Below, one piece after another: positions 25,724 through 35,425 of a DNA stretch of 35,425 nt. The notes under the pieces are model-generated. The model searched no databases. It was not told where the DNA came from and saw nothing but the letters and a program-made list of their open reading frames with translations. The stretch is taken from positions 1 through 35,425 of the forward strand of contig RFFQ01000033.1 of assembly GCA_003697105.1 (NCBI GenBank), written 5' to 3'. The first letter of the stretch is position 1; every line of letters starts with the position of its first letter. A program made the position numbers and the translations under genes. Source of the DNA: Gemmatimonadota bacterium (GTDB taxonomy: Bacteria > 4572-55 > J002).

Positions 25724-26494
25724 GTGATTATGATCCGGGCACAAGGTCTAACTAAAATTTATTCGGATAAAGAGCGTGGTGAATTTAAAGCCGCCGAAAA
25801 TATATCGTTTGAGTGTGAACCGGGCAGTGTGTTCGGGTTGTTGGGTCCCAACGGTGCGGGTAAAACCACCACCCTACGGATGCTGGCTACGTTGATTAAA
25901 CCAACACGCGGTACAGCAACCATCAACGGGTTTGATATTGTGAAAGAAGCCCGAAAAGTTCGGGAAAACATCGGTTTTATGACCGGCGAAACCGCCATTT
26001 ATGACCGGTTGACGGCACGAGAGATGATCCGTTACTTTGGACAATTATTTGGTCTGGAAAAAGAGAAACTCGACCAGCGGATAGAGGCCATTTTAGACCT
26101 GCTTGATATGCGTCATTTTGCCGATAAACGAAATGATAAGCTGTCAACCGGCATGAGACAAAAAGTTTCGATTGCCCGCACGATTGTGCACGATCCGCCC
26201 TGCCTGATTTTAGATGAACCCACTACCGGTTTGGATGTGTTGACTTCCAAAACCATTGTGGATTTTATTCATCAGGCGCGGGAAATGGGCAAAAGTGTGC
26301 TTTTCTCCACGCACATCATGAGCGAAGCGGAACGGCTTTGTGACCAGATTGCCATCATCCACAACGGGCATATCTTGGCGATTGGCTCCATTGAGGAGTT
26401 AAAAACAAAAGCGCAGGCTCACACCTTAGAGGATATGTTTATCAACATGGTCAATCAAACGGAAATTGACGGCACGGATGAGGCTCACCATTGA
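25724..26494 (+). CDS. ABC transporter ATP-binding protein, NatA (Na+ efflux)-like
   Basis: Walker [10 protein letters not shown], signature LSTGMRQK, Walker B LILDEPT, H-loop [12 protein letters not shown]. Confidence 0.9.
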   Translation: MIMIRAQGLTKIYSDKERGEFKAAENISFECEPGSVFGLLGPNGAGKTTTLRMLATLIKPTRGTATINGFDIVKEARKVRENIGFMTGETAIYDRLTAREMIRYFGQLFGLEKEKLDQRIEAILDLLDMRHFADKRNDKLSTGMRQKVSIARTIVHDPPCLILDEPTTGLDVLTSKTIVDFIHQAREMGKSVLFSTHIMSEAERLCDQIAIIHNGHILAIGSIEELKTKAQAHTLEDMFINMVNQTEIDGTDEAHH

Positions 26495-27504
26495 TCACGG
26501 TTTTATTTCTTTGGCCGGTTCAGTCTGAATTACAAGCCTATTTTCGGCAGGGTTTACAAGACCTGCCCCGTATAAACTTGATCTTCCCCCCCAAAGCCTC
26601 CCCGGAGGAATTGCTCCAATATGCACCCCACGCTGACGTGATGGTCGGTTGGCGACCCACATTGGAATTGCTAACCGCCGCCCGCAATCTCAAATTAGTT
26701 ATCAATCCCGGGGCAGGTGTGCAGCATCTGATTCCCATGTTTCGGAAAATCAATCAAATTCGTCCGGTGGCATTAGCGAACGGGCACGGAAATTCTTATT
26801 TTACGGCTCAACATGCTGTGGCGTTGCTCCTCACTTTGATGAATCGAGTGGTAGCCCATCACAATTGGCTTGCCGCGGGCAAATGGCGTACCGGAGATGA
26901 CGATGCCGCCTCCATCCCATTACGGGATAAAACGGTGGGCTTATTGGGTTACGGTGCGATCAACCGCCGGGTGCATCGCTTTTTGAGCGGGTTTGACATA
27001 GATTTTGCTATCTTACGGCGTGGTCACTCCGCCGTGCCGGTTTCTGTGCTAACCCCGGCAACGTGGTTTACACCGGCTGAGTTAGATTCCTTTTTGGCGC
27101 TCTCTGACATCGTCATGATTGCCATACCCCATACATCGCTAACCGAAAATTGGATTTGCTTACCGGAACTGGAGCGGTTAGGACCGGGAGGGTTGCTGGT
27201 AAATGTGGCACGGGGCGCTATTGTCAATGAGGCAGATTTATTCTACGCCCTGAAAACCGGCCTCATTGCGGGTGCCGCCATTGATGTTTGGTATAATTAC
27301 CGTCCGGCACCGGATGCTGAGAATCATCTCTACCCGTACCATCACCCGTTTCATGAGCTGGAAAATGTGGTACTTTCTCCCCACCGGGGCGCATCCCCTT
27401 TTTCGGATTTGAAACGATGGGATGAGGTGATTGAGAACATCCGGCGCGTGGAGCGCGGCGAAAATGATTGGCTTAATCTTGTAGATTTAGATCGTGAGTA
27501 TTAG
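26491..27504 (+). CDS. D-isomer-specific 2-hydroxyacid dehydrogenase family protein
   Basis: GLLGYGAI Rossmann motif, NVARG, AIDVW, LSPH; TTGA start/stop overlap with the upstream gene. Confidence 0.9.
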   Translation: MITVLFLWPVQSELQAYFRQGLQDLPRINLIFPPKASPEELLQYAPHADVMVGWRPTLELLTAARNLKLVINPGAGVQHLIPMFRKINQIRPVALANGHGNSYFTAQHAVALLLTLMNRVVAHHNWLAAGKWRTGDDDAASIPLRDKTVGLLGYGAINRRVHRFLSGFDIDFAILRRGHSAVPVSVLTPATWFTPAELDSFLALSDIVMIAIPHTSLTENWICLPELERLGPGGLLVNVARGAIVNEADLFYALKTGLIAGAAIDVWYNYRPAPDAENHLYPYHHPFHELENVVLSPHRGASPFSDLKRWDEVIENIRRVERGENDWLNLVDLDREY

Positions 27505-27581
27505 CTGAATCTCTTTTCAGATCACCGGAGTTCTGTTGATGAACTTGTTTTTTTTATTTTTTATAGATGGAGGTAACTTTT

Positions 27582-27884
27582 ATGACCGCAGTACCAACGA
27601 TTTCTCTACGCGAAACCGCTGTTTTAGAGATGCCCGCTGCTGAGGCAAAATCTCATTTGCAGCAACGATTGAAAGACCTGAACTTTCAACTACAGCAGGA
27701 AAATGAGGCGTATCTCGTATATAAGGAAAGACGAAAATTCACAACGACAAATCTGGTAGAATTAGCGATCTCACTTTCTGACAAAGGTGACAAAACAACG
27801 TTGGACATTGAAGGCACTATTGAGGGCATTGGTATGATTCATAAAAACCGGTTGGCAGAAGTGATTGATAATATTCTACGGTAA
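27582..27884 (+). CDS. hypothetical protein
   Basis: GGAGGT RBS before ATG 27582; followed by a terminator. Confidence 0.7.
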   Translation: MTAVPTISLRETAVLEMPAAEAKSHLQQRLKDLNFQLQQENEAYLVYKERRKFTTTNLVELAISLSDKGDKTTLDIEGTIEGIGMIHKNRLAEVIDNILR

Positions 27885-27906
27885 GCGGCGTTCTGAGAGA
27901 TTGGAG

Positions 27907-27947
27907 AATAAAAAAGCTGGCTTCAAATCGAAGCCAGCTTTTTTATT
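27907..27947. terminator. bidirectional intrinsic terminator
   Basis: Perfect 18-bp IR AATAAAAAAGCTGGCTTC/GAAGCCAGCTTTTTTATT with a 5-nt loop. Confidence 0.92.
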
Positions 27948-27964
27948 GGCATAACGTGCAACCA

Positions 27965-30900
27965 TTACGGGCCCGATTGTGGTTTAACCTCGATAATCGG
28001 GTCTGGTTTCTGATTGACTTTCACCTGAATGGTGTCCGTGTTGGAATTGCATTTTAAGCCGGAATCATCCATGACGGTTAAAGTCACGGTATATTCCCCC
28101 GGCGCGGTGTAGGTGTGGACGGTGCGAACTCCTTCGCCGGTTGCTCCATCCCCAAAATCCCACTGAAATGTTAAGCCGTCCCCGTCGGGGTCATACGAAG
28201 CGGACGCATCAAATTTGACCTCATCTTGGGCACAACCATTACACGCCATGATTTGCTCTGGACCCGCTTCGGCAACCGGCGGTTGCTTCACAACAACTTT
28301 CATTTTATCCACGTGTTGGTTGCATTTCGTGCCGGAATTATCGGTCACGGTTAATGTGACCTCATACGTGCCAGCGGCGGCATAGGCATGGGTCGGTTTG
28401 GCACCTTCTCCGGTAGAACCATCCCCAAAATCCCATTGATAATGGCTAATTTTGCCGTCGCGATCCAAAGAAAGTGTCCCATCGAACGTGATCGTTTCAT
28501 TAACGCAAGCAAACCGATCGGAGCCGGCATTTGCCAGCGGGGGATCATTCACGATAATTGTCACAGCGCCCGTACCGGAATTACACTCCAACCCGGAATC
28601 GTCTTTGACCATCAACGAGGCTTGGTATGTCCCCGGCAAGCTATAGGCATGGGTTGGCGTTTTGCCGTTCCCCGTGTCACCATTGCCGAAATCCCAGATA
28701 TATTCGGTAATGGAACCGTCCATATCGGACGACGCCGAGCCATCAAACGTGATGGTTTCATCAGGGCAAACTATGTGTTGCTCACCCGCATTTGCCTGCG
28801 GCGGGTTGTTGATGACCACAGTGCGAGTATCGGTAGCGGTGTTGCACGCCATTTCCGAATTATCGGTGATGGTCAATGTAACTTCATACGTGCCGGCTTG
28901 GCTGTAGGCATGTGCTGCAAGAATGCCCTCCGCACTTGCGCCATCCCCAAAATCCCATTGGTAGGACACCACCGAGCCATCACCATCCGAGGATCCAGAA
29001 CCATCAAAATTGATCATATCGTTGATGCACCCGTGTACATCCTCACCGGCATCTGCAACCGGCGCTTCGTAAACCGTTACAACCAATCGATCTTTATGGA
29101 TATTACAGGTCGTTCCGGATTGGTCGGTGACGGTCAGCACAACGTTGTAAATGCCGCTTTGTGAATACGTATGTGCCGGTTTTGCGCCTTCACCCGTTGA
29201 TCCGTCGCCAAAATCCCAGGTATAGGTCAGGGAGGTGCCTTCAGGGTCTGTTGAATTTGACCCGTCGAACTGAGCCATGTCTCCCAAGCAGATACTCTGG
29301 TCGGGACCGGCACTGGCGACTGGCGGCTGGTTGATAAACACGGTTATATCGTCCGTGTCCGTGCTACACTCTGTACCCATTTCATCGGTGACGGTTAATT
29401 GGACGGTGTACGTGCCCGGTGTGGCGTATGTGTGGGTCGGACGAACCCCATTCCCGCTGGTGCCATCGCCAAAATCCCAAGCGTAGGTCAGGGCGCCACC
29501 ATCGGGATCGCTGGAACGGCTGCCATTAAACGTGACTGTTGTATTGCAGGTCGTAATATCATCACCCGCATCTGCTTGTGGCGGAGTGTTGATTATCACG
29601 GTCATCTGGTCGGTATGGCGGTTACAGGCGGTCTGAGTGTTATCTGTGACGGTGAGCTTGACGGTGTATGTGCCCGGTGCGCGGTAGGCGTGTGCCGGAG
29701 AGGCGCCCTCGCCCGTACTACCATCGCCAAAATCCCATTGGTACGAGGTGATGGTGCCGTCGGGGTCGGAAGAACCCGTGCCGACAAATTGAATTTCTTC
29801 GGCGACACATGCCCGGCGATCTTCACCGGCTTCTGCTTCTGGGCGAGCATTGACCTTAACTAGCACGTTATCAAATGCTTTGTTGCAGGTTAAACCGGAA
29901 TCATCCGTGACAGTCAACGTGACCAAGTAGTTGCCGGGTTTTGTGTAGGCATGGTTTACTTTAGCACCTTCCGCGGTACTACCATCGCCAAAATTCCAGG
30001 CATATGTTGTGATTTTCCCATCCGAGTCGGTGGAAGCAGACCCGTCAAATTGCAGGCTTTGATCGGGGCAGGTGATGGTCTTCTTCTGATCACTGCCGAC
30101 GACGGCATTTGCAACCGGTGTGGCATTGATGCGCACCGTCAATTCATCTGTAGCGGTATCGCATTTCGTACCGGAATCATCACGTACGGTCAACTTCACC
30201 GTGTACGTACCTTCGGCACTGTAAACGTGGGTGGTTTTCATCCCGGAACCTTCAGCGCCATCGCCAAAATCCCAAATGTATTGTATCACGCGCCCATCAT
30301 TATCATACGAGCCTTCCCCGTTGAATTCCACGGCGGCATTGCACGTGAAGATGTCATCTCCTGCAACGGCGACCGGCGGCTGGTTGATAGTCACCGTGAG
30401 TTCATCGGTGGCAGTCGCGCAGGTGGTACCGGAATTATCGGTTACGGTGAGTTTGACGGTGTACGTACCCGCTTTGCGGTAAGCATGAGTTGGTTTTGCT
30501 CCCGAAGCAGTGTTTCCGTCGCCAAAATCCCATTGATAGGTACTAATTTCGCCATCCGGGTCGTAACTTTTTGAACCGTCAAATTGTAACGTTTCTTCAA
30601 CACAGCCTTTCAAATCGCGACCGGCAACGGCAATTGGGGGCGCGTTGATGGTCACGGTGACCCCACTAACGGCGCGGCTATTCGTGGTTTGTGCGTTATC
30701 TTCAACCATGAGTGAGGCCTCATAAATACCGGGTTGGGCATAGGTGTGGCTCACTTGTGCACCTTCCGCGGATTCGCCATCACCAAAATTCCAGATGTAT
30801 TTGACGACAGAACCATCGACGTCGGACGATTGCGAGGCATCAAACTGAATAGCTTCACCGGAACACGCCAGTTTATGATCACCGGCATTTGCCACCGGTG

Positions 30901-32617
30901 GAAAATTGATAATCACCTTCATAATATCGGTATCTTCGTCACAAAAAGTACCGGAACGGTCTTGCACCTTCAACTTGACGGTGTATTCGCCGGGTTGGGC
31001 GTAATTGTGCACCGGACGAACGCCGTTTACCGGTGGCGTACCATCACCAAAATCCCACGTGTAAATCAGTGGATCACCGAGCGCATGGGGGTCTGCATCG
31101 GGATCGTTGGAACCACTGCCATCAAATTGAACGGTCGTCGTACCCAACACGCCTTGATCGGGACCGGCATCGGCATTGGGACGGGCATTAATTACCACAT
31201 CTACCACATCTTCGGCTTTGTTACATTCCGTACCGGAATTGTCTGTTACAACCAACCGCACGCGATATTGACCCGGTGCATCGTAAGCGTGGGTCGGGCG
31301 GGGACCGGAACCACCGGTGCCATCACCAAAATCCCAGCTATACTCGGTGATTTCCCCATCGGGATCAAACGAACGGGTTCCGTCAAATTGGATTTCCGTA
31401 TTGGGACAGTCCTTAACCGGCTTACCGGCATCCGCAACCGGTGGTTCATTCACATTAATGTTGACCATACGGTTTGATACGGCACAGATAGTGCCGGAAT
31501 CATCCTTAACCGTCAAGGTCACGGGGTAATTGCCGGAGGTGGTATATTCATGGGTCACGCGGATGCCTGTTTTAGTCGTACCGTCACCTAAATCCCACTC
31601 GTAGGTTAGATTATCTCCGGCGTTCACATCAAATGATTTGGAAGCGTCAAAGATCATCGCATTACACCCTTCCTTGATCGTATGCACTTCTGGGGCGGGT
31701 AACGCCGGTTCAGGAACTTTCGGCGCATCCACCAGTGACAAGGGCAACCCAATTTTGATCAGTTCATCATCTCCCTTGCCATAAAAGACAATATCGTTAT
31801 TCCCTTCGGAGGGTTTTTCGATGTTGACGGACCAATCTCCTTGCAAAGGGGTCGGAAAGGTATGTACGGTAGATTCCCACGCATCATTGGCGGAGGTTCT
31901 AATGGATAACCGCTGGTTATCCGGCGTATTCAAGGTTAAACCGGCTTGCCGATCCGCATCAAAATTGTAAAGTTCTAATTTGGAGATCGCTTTTTCAATG
32001 TCCAGATCGATTTGGACTACCCGGATCAATGTTTTGGGGACTCGAAACGAGACTTCATAGGTGAAGAAATGTTGCCCTTCAACGGGTGTTCGTACCGTTT
32101 CGGACTGGCTCATATCAATTTTATAGAGATTGCCATCATTTCCGGTTTCACCGGTTACGACTAACTTAAAATACGCTAAATCGCCAATCTGTTCCCCTTG
32201 GGCAGGGCTAAATGGACCCCAGACGAGCCATTGTTCGTCGCGTGCGGGGTCAATTCCAAAGGTCTCTTCTTGGATCAAGTAACCGCTGGTTAGCCCCTCG
32301 GAGGGATTTGTCGTGATGGCATCAACCGTGTAGGCACCTTCACCGCCATATAACGCGAATTTGGTCTCGGTATCCCATCCCTCGTTAATTTCATCCATAC
32401 GACCGCCACAATCGGGGTCTTTTAACCAGATGTAAAAAGGGGCGGCATCCACCGGCACTGCCATAAATGCAACTAAATTGAAATCATCGTCACCCCAGGC
32501 GGTCGGGCATTCAGGACCGAACGTGACCAAATATTCCGTGTTCGTATCATCCTGTGCCAGCGCAACGGATGTGATTCCAATAAAAAGCAACATAAGAAAA
32601 AAGGTACGGTACATCAT
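27965..32617 (-). CDS. secreted protein with N-terminal globular domain and 14 tandem PKD domains
   Basis: GGGGGA RBS and signal peptide MMYRTFFLMLLFIGITSVALA; 14 W(D/N)(F/L)G(D/N)G..H.Y..G.Y.V.L.V.D motifs counted. Confidence 0.92.
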   Translation of the reverse strand: MMYRTFFLMLLFIGITSVALAQDDTNTEYLVTFGPECPTAWGDDDFNLVAFMAVPVDAAPFYIWLKDPDCGGRMDEINEGWDTETKFALYGGEGAYTVDAITTNPSEGLTSGYLIQEETFGIDPARDEQWLVWGPFSPAQGEQIGDLAYFKLVVTGETGNDGNLYKIDMSQSETVRTPVEGQHFFTYEVSFRVPKTLIRVVQIDLDIEKAISKLELYNFDADRQAGLTLNTPDNQRLSIRTSANDAWESTVHTFPTPLQGDWSVNIEKPSEGNNDIVFYGKGDDELIKIGLPLSLVDAPKVPEPALPAPEVHTIKEGCNAMIFDASKSFDVNAGDNLTYEWDLGDGTTKTGIRVTHEYTTSGNYPVTLTVKDDSGTICAVSNRMVNINVNEPPVADAGKPVKDCPNTEIQFDGTRSFDPDGEITEYSWDFGDGTGGSGPRPTHAYDAPGQYRVRLVVTDNSGTECNKAEDVVDVVINARPNADAGPDQGVLGTTTVQFDGSGSNDPDADPHALGDPLIYTWDFGDGTPPVNGVRPVHNYAQPGEYTVKLKVQDRSGTFCDEDTDIMKVIINFPPVANAGDHKLACSGEAIQFDASQSSDVDGSVVKYIWNFGDGESAEGAQVSHTYAQPGIYEASLMVEDNAQTTNSRAVSGVTVTINAPPIAVAGRDLKGCVEETLQFDGSKSYDPDGEISTYQWDFGDGNTASGAKPTHAYRKAGTYTVKLTVTDNSGTTCATATDELTVTINQPPVAVAGDDIFTCNAAVEFNGEGSYDNDGRVIQYIWDFGDGAEGSGMKTTHVYSAEGTYTVKLTVRDDSGTKCDTATDELTVRINATPVANAVVGSDQKKTITCPDQSLQFDGSASTDSDGKITTYAWNFGDGSTAEGAKVNHAYTKPGNYLVTLTVTDDSGLTCNKAFDNVLVKVNARPEAEAGEDRRACVAEEIQFVGTGSSDPDGTITSYQWDFGDGSTGEGASPAHAYRAPGTYTVKLTVTDNTQTACNRHTDQMTVIINTPPQADAGDDITTCNTTVTFNGSRSSDPDGGALTYAWDFGDGTSGNGVRPTHTYATPGTYTVQLTVTDEMGTECSTDTDDITVFINQPPVASAGPDQSICLGDMAQFDGSNSTDPEGTSLTYTWDFGDGSTGEGAKPAHTYSQSGIYNVVLTVTDQSGTTCNIHKDRLVVTVYEAPVADAGEDVHGCINDMINFDGSGSSDGDGSVVSYQWDFGDGASAEGILAAHAYSQAGTYEVTLTITDNSEMACNTATDTRTVVINNPPQANAGEQHIVCPDETITFDGSASSDMDGSITEYIWDFGNGDTGNGKTPTHAYSLPGTYQASLMVKDDSGLECNSGTGAVTIIVNDPPLANAGSDRFACVNETITFDGTLSLDRDGKISHYQWDFGDGSTGEGAKPTHAYAAAGTYEVTLTVTDNSGTKCNQHVDKMKVVVKQPPVAEAGPEQIMACNGCAQDEVKFDASASYDPDGDGLTFQWDFGDGATGEGVRTVHTYTAPGEYTVTLTVMDDSGLKCNSNTDTIQVKVNQKPDPIIEVKPQSGP

Positions 32618-32821
32618 AAATTCCCCCAGCATTAGGAGTGAAAAGTGAACGGGTTTTATACAGATAAAATTACGCTGTAATATTCTTGAGAATATCTGCA
32701 AAATTCTTCCACACATACCGGAAAGTCAGGATCGGTTTTTACAAGAGTACCCGTATAACCCACAAATCCGGTAGGTGTTTCGCTGAGTATTAGAGCAGCT
32801 CCTTTATGAGGTTGAATATAG

Positions 32822-32876
32822 CATCCCTCTACCATGATGTCAAAAAGATTATCTCTTAACCCCTATGGTAGGGATG
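32822..32876. repeat. imperfect inverted repeat just downstream of the receptor gene (possible terminator or stability hairpin)
   Basis: CATCCCT(CT)ACCAT at 32822-32835 vs ATGGTAGGGATG at 32865-32876. Confidence 0.45.
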
Positions 32877-32885
32877 AAGATCGTG

Positions 32886-35117
32886 TTAGAAGTCGTACGT
32901 CATGCCAAGAATGATTTGGAAACCGTCGCGGAATACCGGTGAACCATCCAGTTCCTGATTGAAAAAACGACGCTGCGGATCAAATACCGGTGTGATCGTC
33001 TGGTGCGTGAGGTTAAGCACATCACCCACGAGTGATAGGTGTTGCCTCGGAAAATATCGAATGCGCACATCAATTTGATGATGGCGATAGGTCTGATCCG
33101 CATATTGATCAACCGTTGCGATGCCGAGCAGGTGAACGTACCACAACGGTGCGATTGCCATTTGAAGTTGTGCCGTAACACCGTGCCGCTGTTGCCAAAA
33201 AGGTGACGTCACGTTTACCTTGCTTGCTCGCCACCAGTAATATTCAATGCTGGCGGTCATTTCAGCGCGGTCAAACCACACCGGACCATGCCGGTATTGC
33301 AGGCTCACGCGATCCAGTGTAAACTGGCCCGAACTCTCCCACCGGTGCTCTGCGGTTTCTTGCGCTATCTGCGTATATTGCTGGTATTGGTAACCCAACG
33401 TAAACCGATAGACATCCTGAAACGTCCGCTGGTAACTCATCGCCGTCTGGAACAGTGACTCCATTTCAAGCAAGTGATAACCATTTCCCGGTTGCCCACT
33501 ATAAAATGTGTGAAATGGAGGCGGTTGGTGACGCCAACGGGTTGCGCCACACCATTGTTCATCTACTGAGGGGGAAAAACGTATCTCAAGCGCCGGGCTC
33601 GCCCCGAAGCGCGATTTGGAACCGGCGATTTCCGACCATGCGGCTGCCGGAGTCATTTGTTCCAGCCGGAGACCGGTTTGGATCTGCCACATTTTCGGTG
33701 ACCAATGGTGAGTTAGATATACTGCCGCGGATCTAGGCATTGCCCGGTAGATTTCAGACCGCTGGCTTGAATCGGGCATAACCTCTTGGTAATCTAAGTC
33801 TAACCGGAACTGTTCAAGGTTCACCCCAAAGCGCAGATCATGGTTATGGTAGAGGTGGGACTGAACTTCAACAGATGCGGTGGTGATGGCATCATGGCCA
33901 TCAAACCATACCGGTTTGTAAAGCTCAGCGGAAATCGATTGGGGATATACAACCTTTCCCTGCTCATCATAAGTCAAGTAGGATAGACTGGCAGTGATGT
34001 TCTTATGCTGGGCAGTGAAAATCGATTGGTCATGGTCAAGGTAGGTGAGGTCTGTTTTTAGCCAGAAATAGGGATTAAATTCGTACTCACCCCCCACGTG
34101 AAGCCAATAATGGTGATTTTTAACCTCCGGCAAGCCCCGTGGGTAACGCTCCCATGCCGGATCATATTCAATGGATTGGTACAAACTGATCAAACTTTGC
34201 AGTCGAAGTTCCAGATGAGGGAGCGCACGGATAGTACTTTTGAGATAAATATCCGCCGTTTGCTGGACAGGAAAATCGAAGGTTGGTGTTAGGAACTCCC
34301 GATAAGGTGTATCAGAGAGATTCATCCCGGCGGCGACGACAAAGGTACTGGGTAAATAAAATGGTAATGGTCCTTGCACCCTCACCCGGAACTGGCTGGC
34401 ATGATCCGACTGAACCATCCCCAATATGTCCGAAATCAACTGCATTTGACCTTGGAAAGCGGTGATGTCCTCTGTAGTGGCGGCATTGATTTGCCCAGAA
34501 AGCGCTTTACCACCGGGGCGAGTCGTGTGAAGGGTCAATTCCGTGATGACTTGCGGAGGTAGTGCATGGAATAAACGAGCATATTTCCGGCCCGGCAATG
34601 CGACGCCGTCAATGGCATATTCCCACGATTGAAACGCTCCCAAATAGAATGGTGGGAACGCGTACAGCACCTGCTCCACCCGGAATGCCGGTAGCGATAC
34701 GAGTTCCATACGAGGGATCGTCATTGCCACCGGTGTCAGGCATGATACTGCCGACGAGAATGGCAGCGTTAAATATTGCCACTCCATATTTTTGGGGGAG
34801 CGTTGTATTTCAACCGGCAGTAGAAGGGGGGCATCGCTGGAAATCCAGACATGATCGATTTGGTACGAAACATAGCCCATCATCACGACAACAACGGAAT
34901 ACTCGCCTACCGGTATGTTGGGGATAAAAAAAAGCCCGTCGGGACCGGCTAAGCCACCCATCACCGTCCCCTTGAGGAAAATATTTGCCCCGGCAACCGG
35001 TTCCCCTGTCTGGGCATCCATGACCCACCCTTCCAGCACACCGGTTGTTTTGGCGTTTGCGATAATAACGGTGGTAAGAAAATGAAAAACAAGGATGTAG
35101 GGTAACGTGAATTTCAA
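32886..35117 (-). CDS. divergent TonB-dependent receptor-like outer-membrane protein with N-terminal carboxypeptidase-regulatory-like domain
   Basis: G.LEG.V.DAQTGEPVAGANI..G.F.I.NIPVGEY; plug remnants YAIDGV and ALSGQIN; amphipathic strands; C-terminal LGMTYDF; likely TTG start at 35117 after AGGGG, giving a signal peptide. Confidence 0.75.
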   Translation of the reverse strand: MKFTLPYILVFHFLTTVIIANAKTTGVLEGWVMDAQTGEPVAGANIFLKGTVMGGLAGPDGLFFIPNIPVGEYSVVVVMMGYVSYQIDHVWISSDAPLLLPVEIQRSPKNMEWQYLTLPFSSAVSCLTPVAMTIPRMELVSLPAFRVEQVLYAFPPFYLGAFQSWEYAIDGVALPGRKYARLFHALPPQVITELTLHTTRPGGKALSGQINAATTEDITAFQGQMQLISDILGMVQSDHASQFRVRVQGPLPFYLPSTFVVAAGMNLSDTPYREFLTPTFDFPVQQTADIYLKSTIRALPHLELRLQSLISLYQSIEYDPAWERYPRGLPEVKNHHYWLHVGGEYEFNPYFWLKTDLTYLDHDQSIFTAQHKNITASLSYLTYDEQGKVVYPQSISAELYKPVWFDGHDAITTASVEVQSHLYHNHDLRFGVNLEQFRLDLDYQEVMPDSSQRSEIYRAMPRSAAVYLTHHWSPKMWQIQTGLRLEQMTPAAAWSEIAGSKSRFGASPALEIRFSPSVDEQWCGATRWRHQPPPFHTFYSGQPGNGYHLLEMESLFQTAMSYQRTFQDVYRFTLGYQYQQYTQIAQETAEHRWESSGQFTLDRVSLQYRHGPVWFDRAEMTASIEYYWWRASKVNVTSPFWQQRHGVTAQLQMAIAPLWYVHLLGIATVDQYADQTYRHHQIDVRIRYFPRQHLSLVGDVLNLTHQTITPVFDPQRRFFNQELDGSPVFRDGFQIILGMTYDF

Positions 35118-35358
35118 GCTATCCCCTTTGTTAAGGAGGTCTGTATGCGTCATGTTTGGCTTTTTGGATTGTTTACGGGAGTTGCTGGACCTGTGTCCCC
35201 ACAGCTTCCTTCTAAAATCCTTATAAAACCACGAAAAAGGATGATATATCAATGATTTAGTGCATAGTACACGACAAAACTTGAAAAAAAGTCCATTTTC
35301 TTCTACTTTCTAGAACAATCCGCTCATTTTCTCGTTCTAAATTTGGAAGAAAGCAGAC

Positions 35359-35425
35359 ATGACACATTTGGTACCACTTTATCGTTTTTTGGGCAGCCAT
35401 TTGCCATGGTCATTGCCTCGTTTGA
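35359..35425 (+). CDS. possible 5' end of a gene running off the window
   Basis: ATG after purine-rich GGAAGAAAG; frame open to the window edge (MTHLVPLYRFLG...). Confidence 0.3.
   Translation, partial: MTHLVPLYRFLGSHLPWSLPRL

Noticed and set aside
28351-31529. Plus-strand ORFs of 150-260 aa opposite the PKD gene
   Set aside because: Antisense shadows that mirror the repeat periodicity

Overview
35.4-kb bacterial chromosomal window, about 49% GC by eye. The FlgD-Ig/CTD-tailed exoprotein, dockerin, PEGA protein and carboxypeptidase-regulatory-domain TonB receptor suggest an FCB-group lineage such as KSB1 or Calditrichota (inference). The most striking element is a 2830-aa ORF (2897-11389). 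It fuses a VAO/GlcD-type FAD oxidoreductase, four ferredoxin-type Cys motifs, a degenerate and an intact glutamate-synthase FMN barrel, an INTERNAL class II glutamine amidotransferase (Cys1928) and a GXGXG domain. It reads as a permuted glutamate-synthase-like polyprotein with a built-in electron-input module and no gltD in the window. A ~160-nt rod-like hairpin lies upstream of it and nfuA converges on its 3' end. The rest comprises a surface-protein cluster (S74-chaperone trimeric fibre with four 41-aa Gly/Arg repeats, a dockerin protein, a double FG-GAP/ASPIC exoprotein, a PEGA protein), two receiver-only regulators, an exported amidase, a lipoprotein, an orphan NatA-like ABC ATPase, a 2-hydroxyacid dehydrogenase, a 14-PKD protein with a Cys pattern suggesting inter-domain disulfide staples, and a divergent TonB-dependent receptor. 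A possible 6S-like RNA lies at ~303-489. No tRNA, rRNA, CRISPR array or mobile element was seen. All domain calls come from motif recognition by eye, not database searches.
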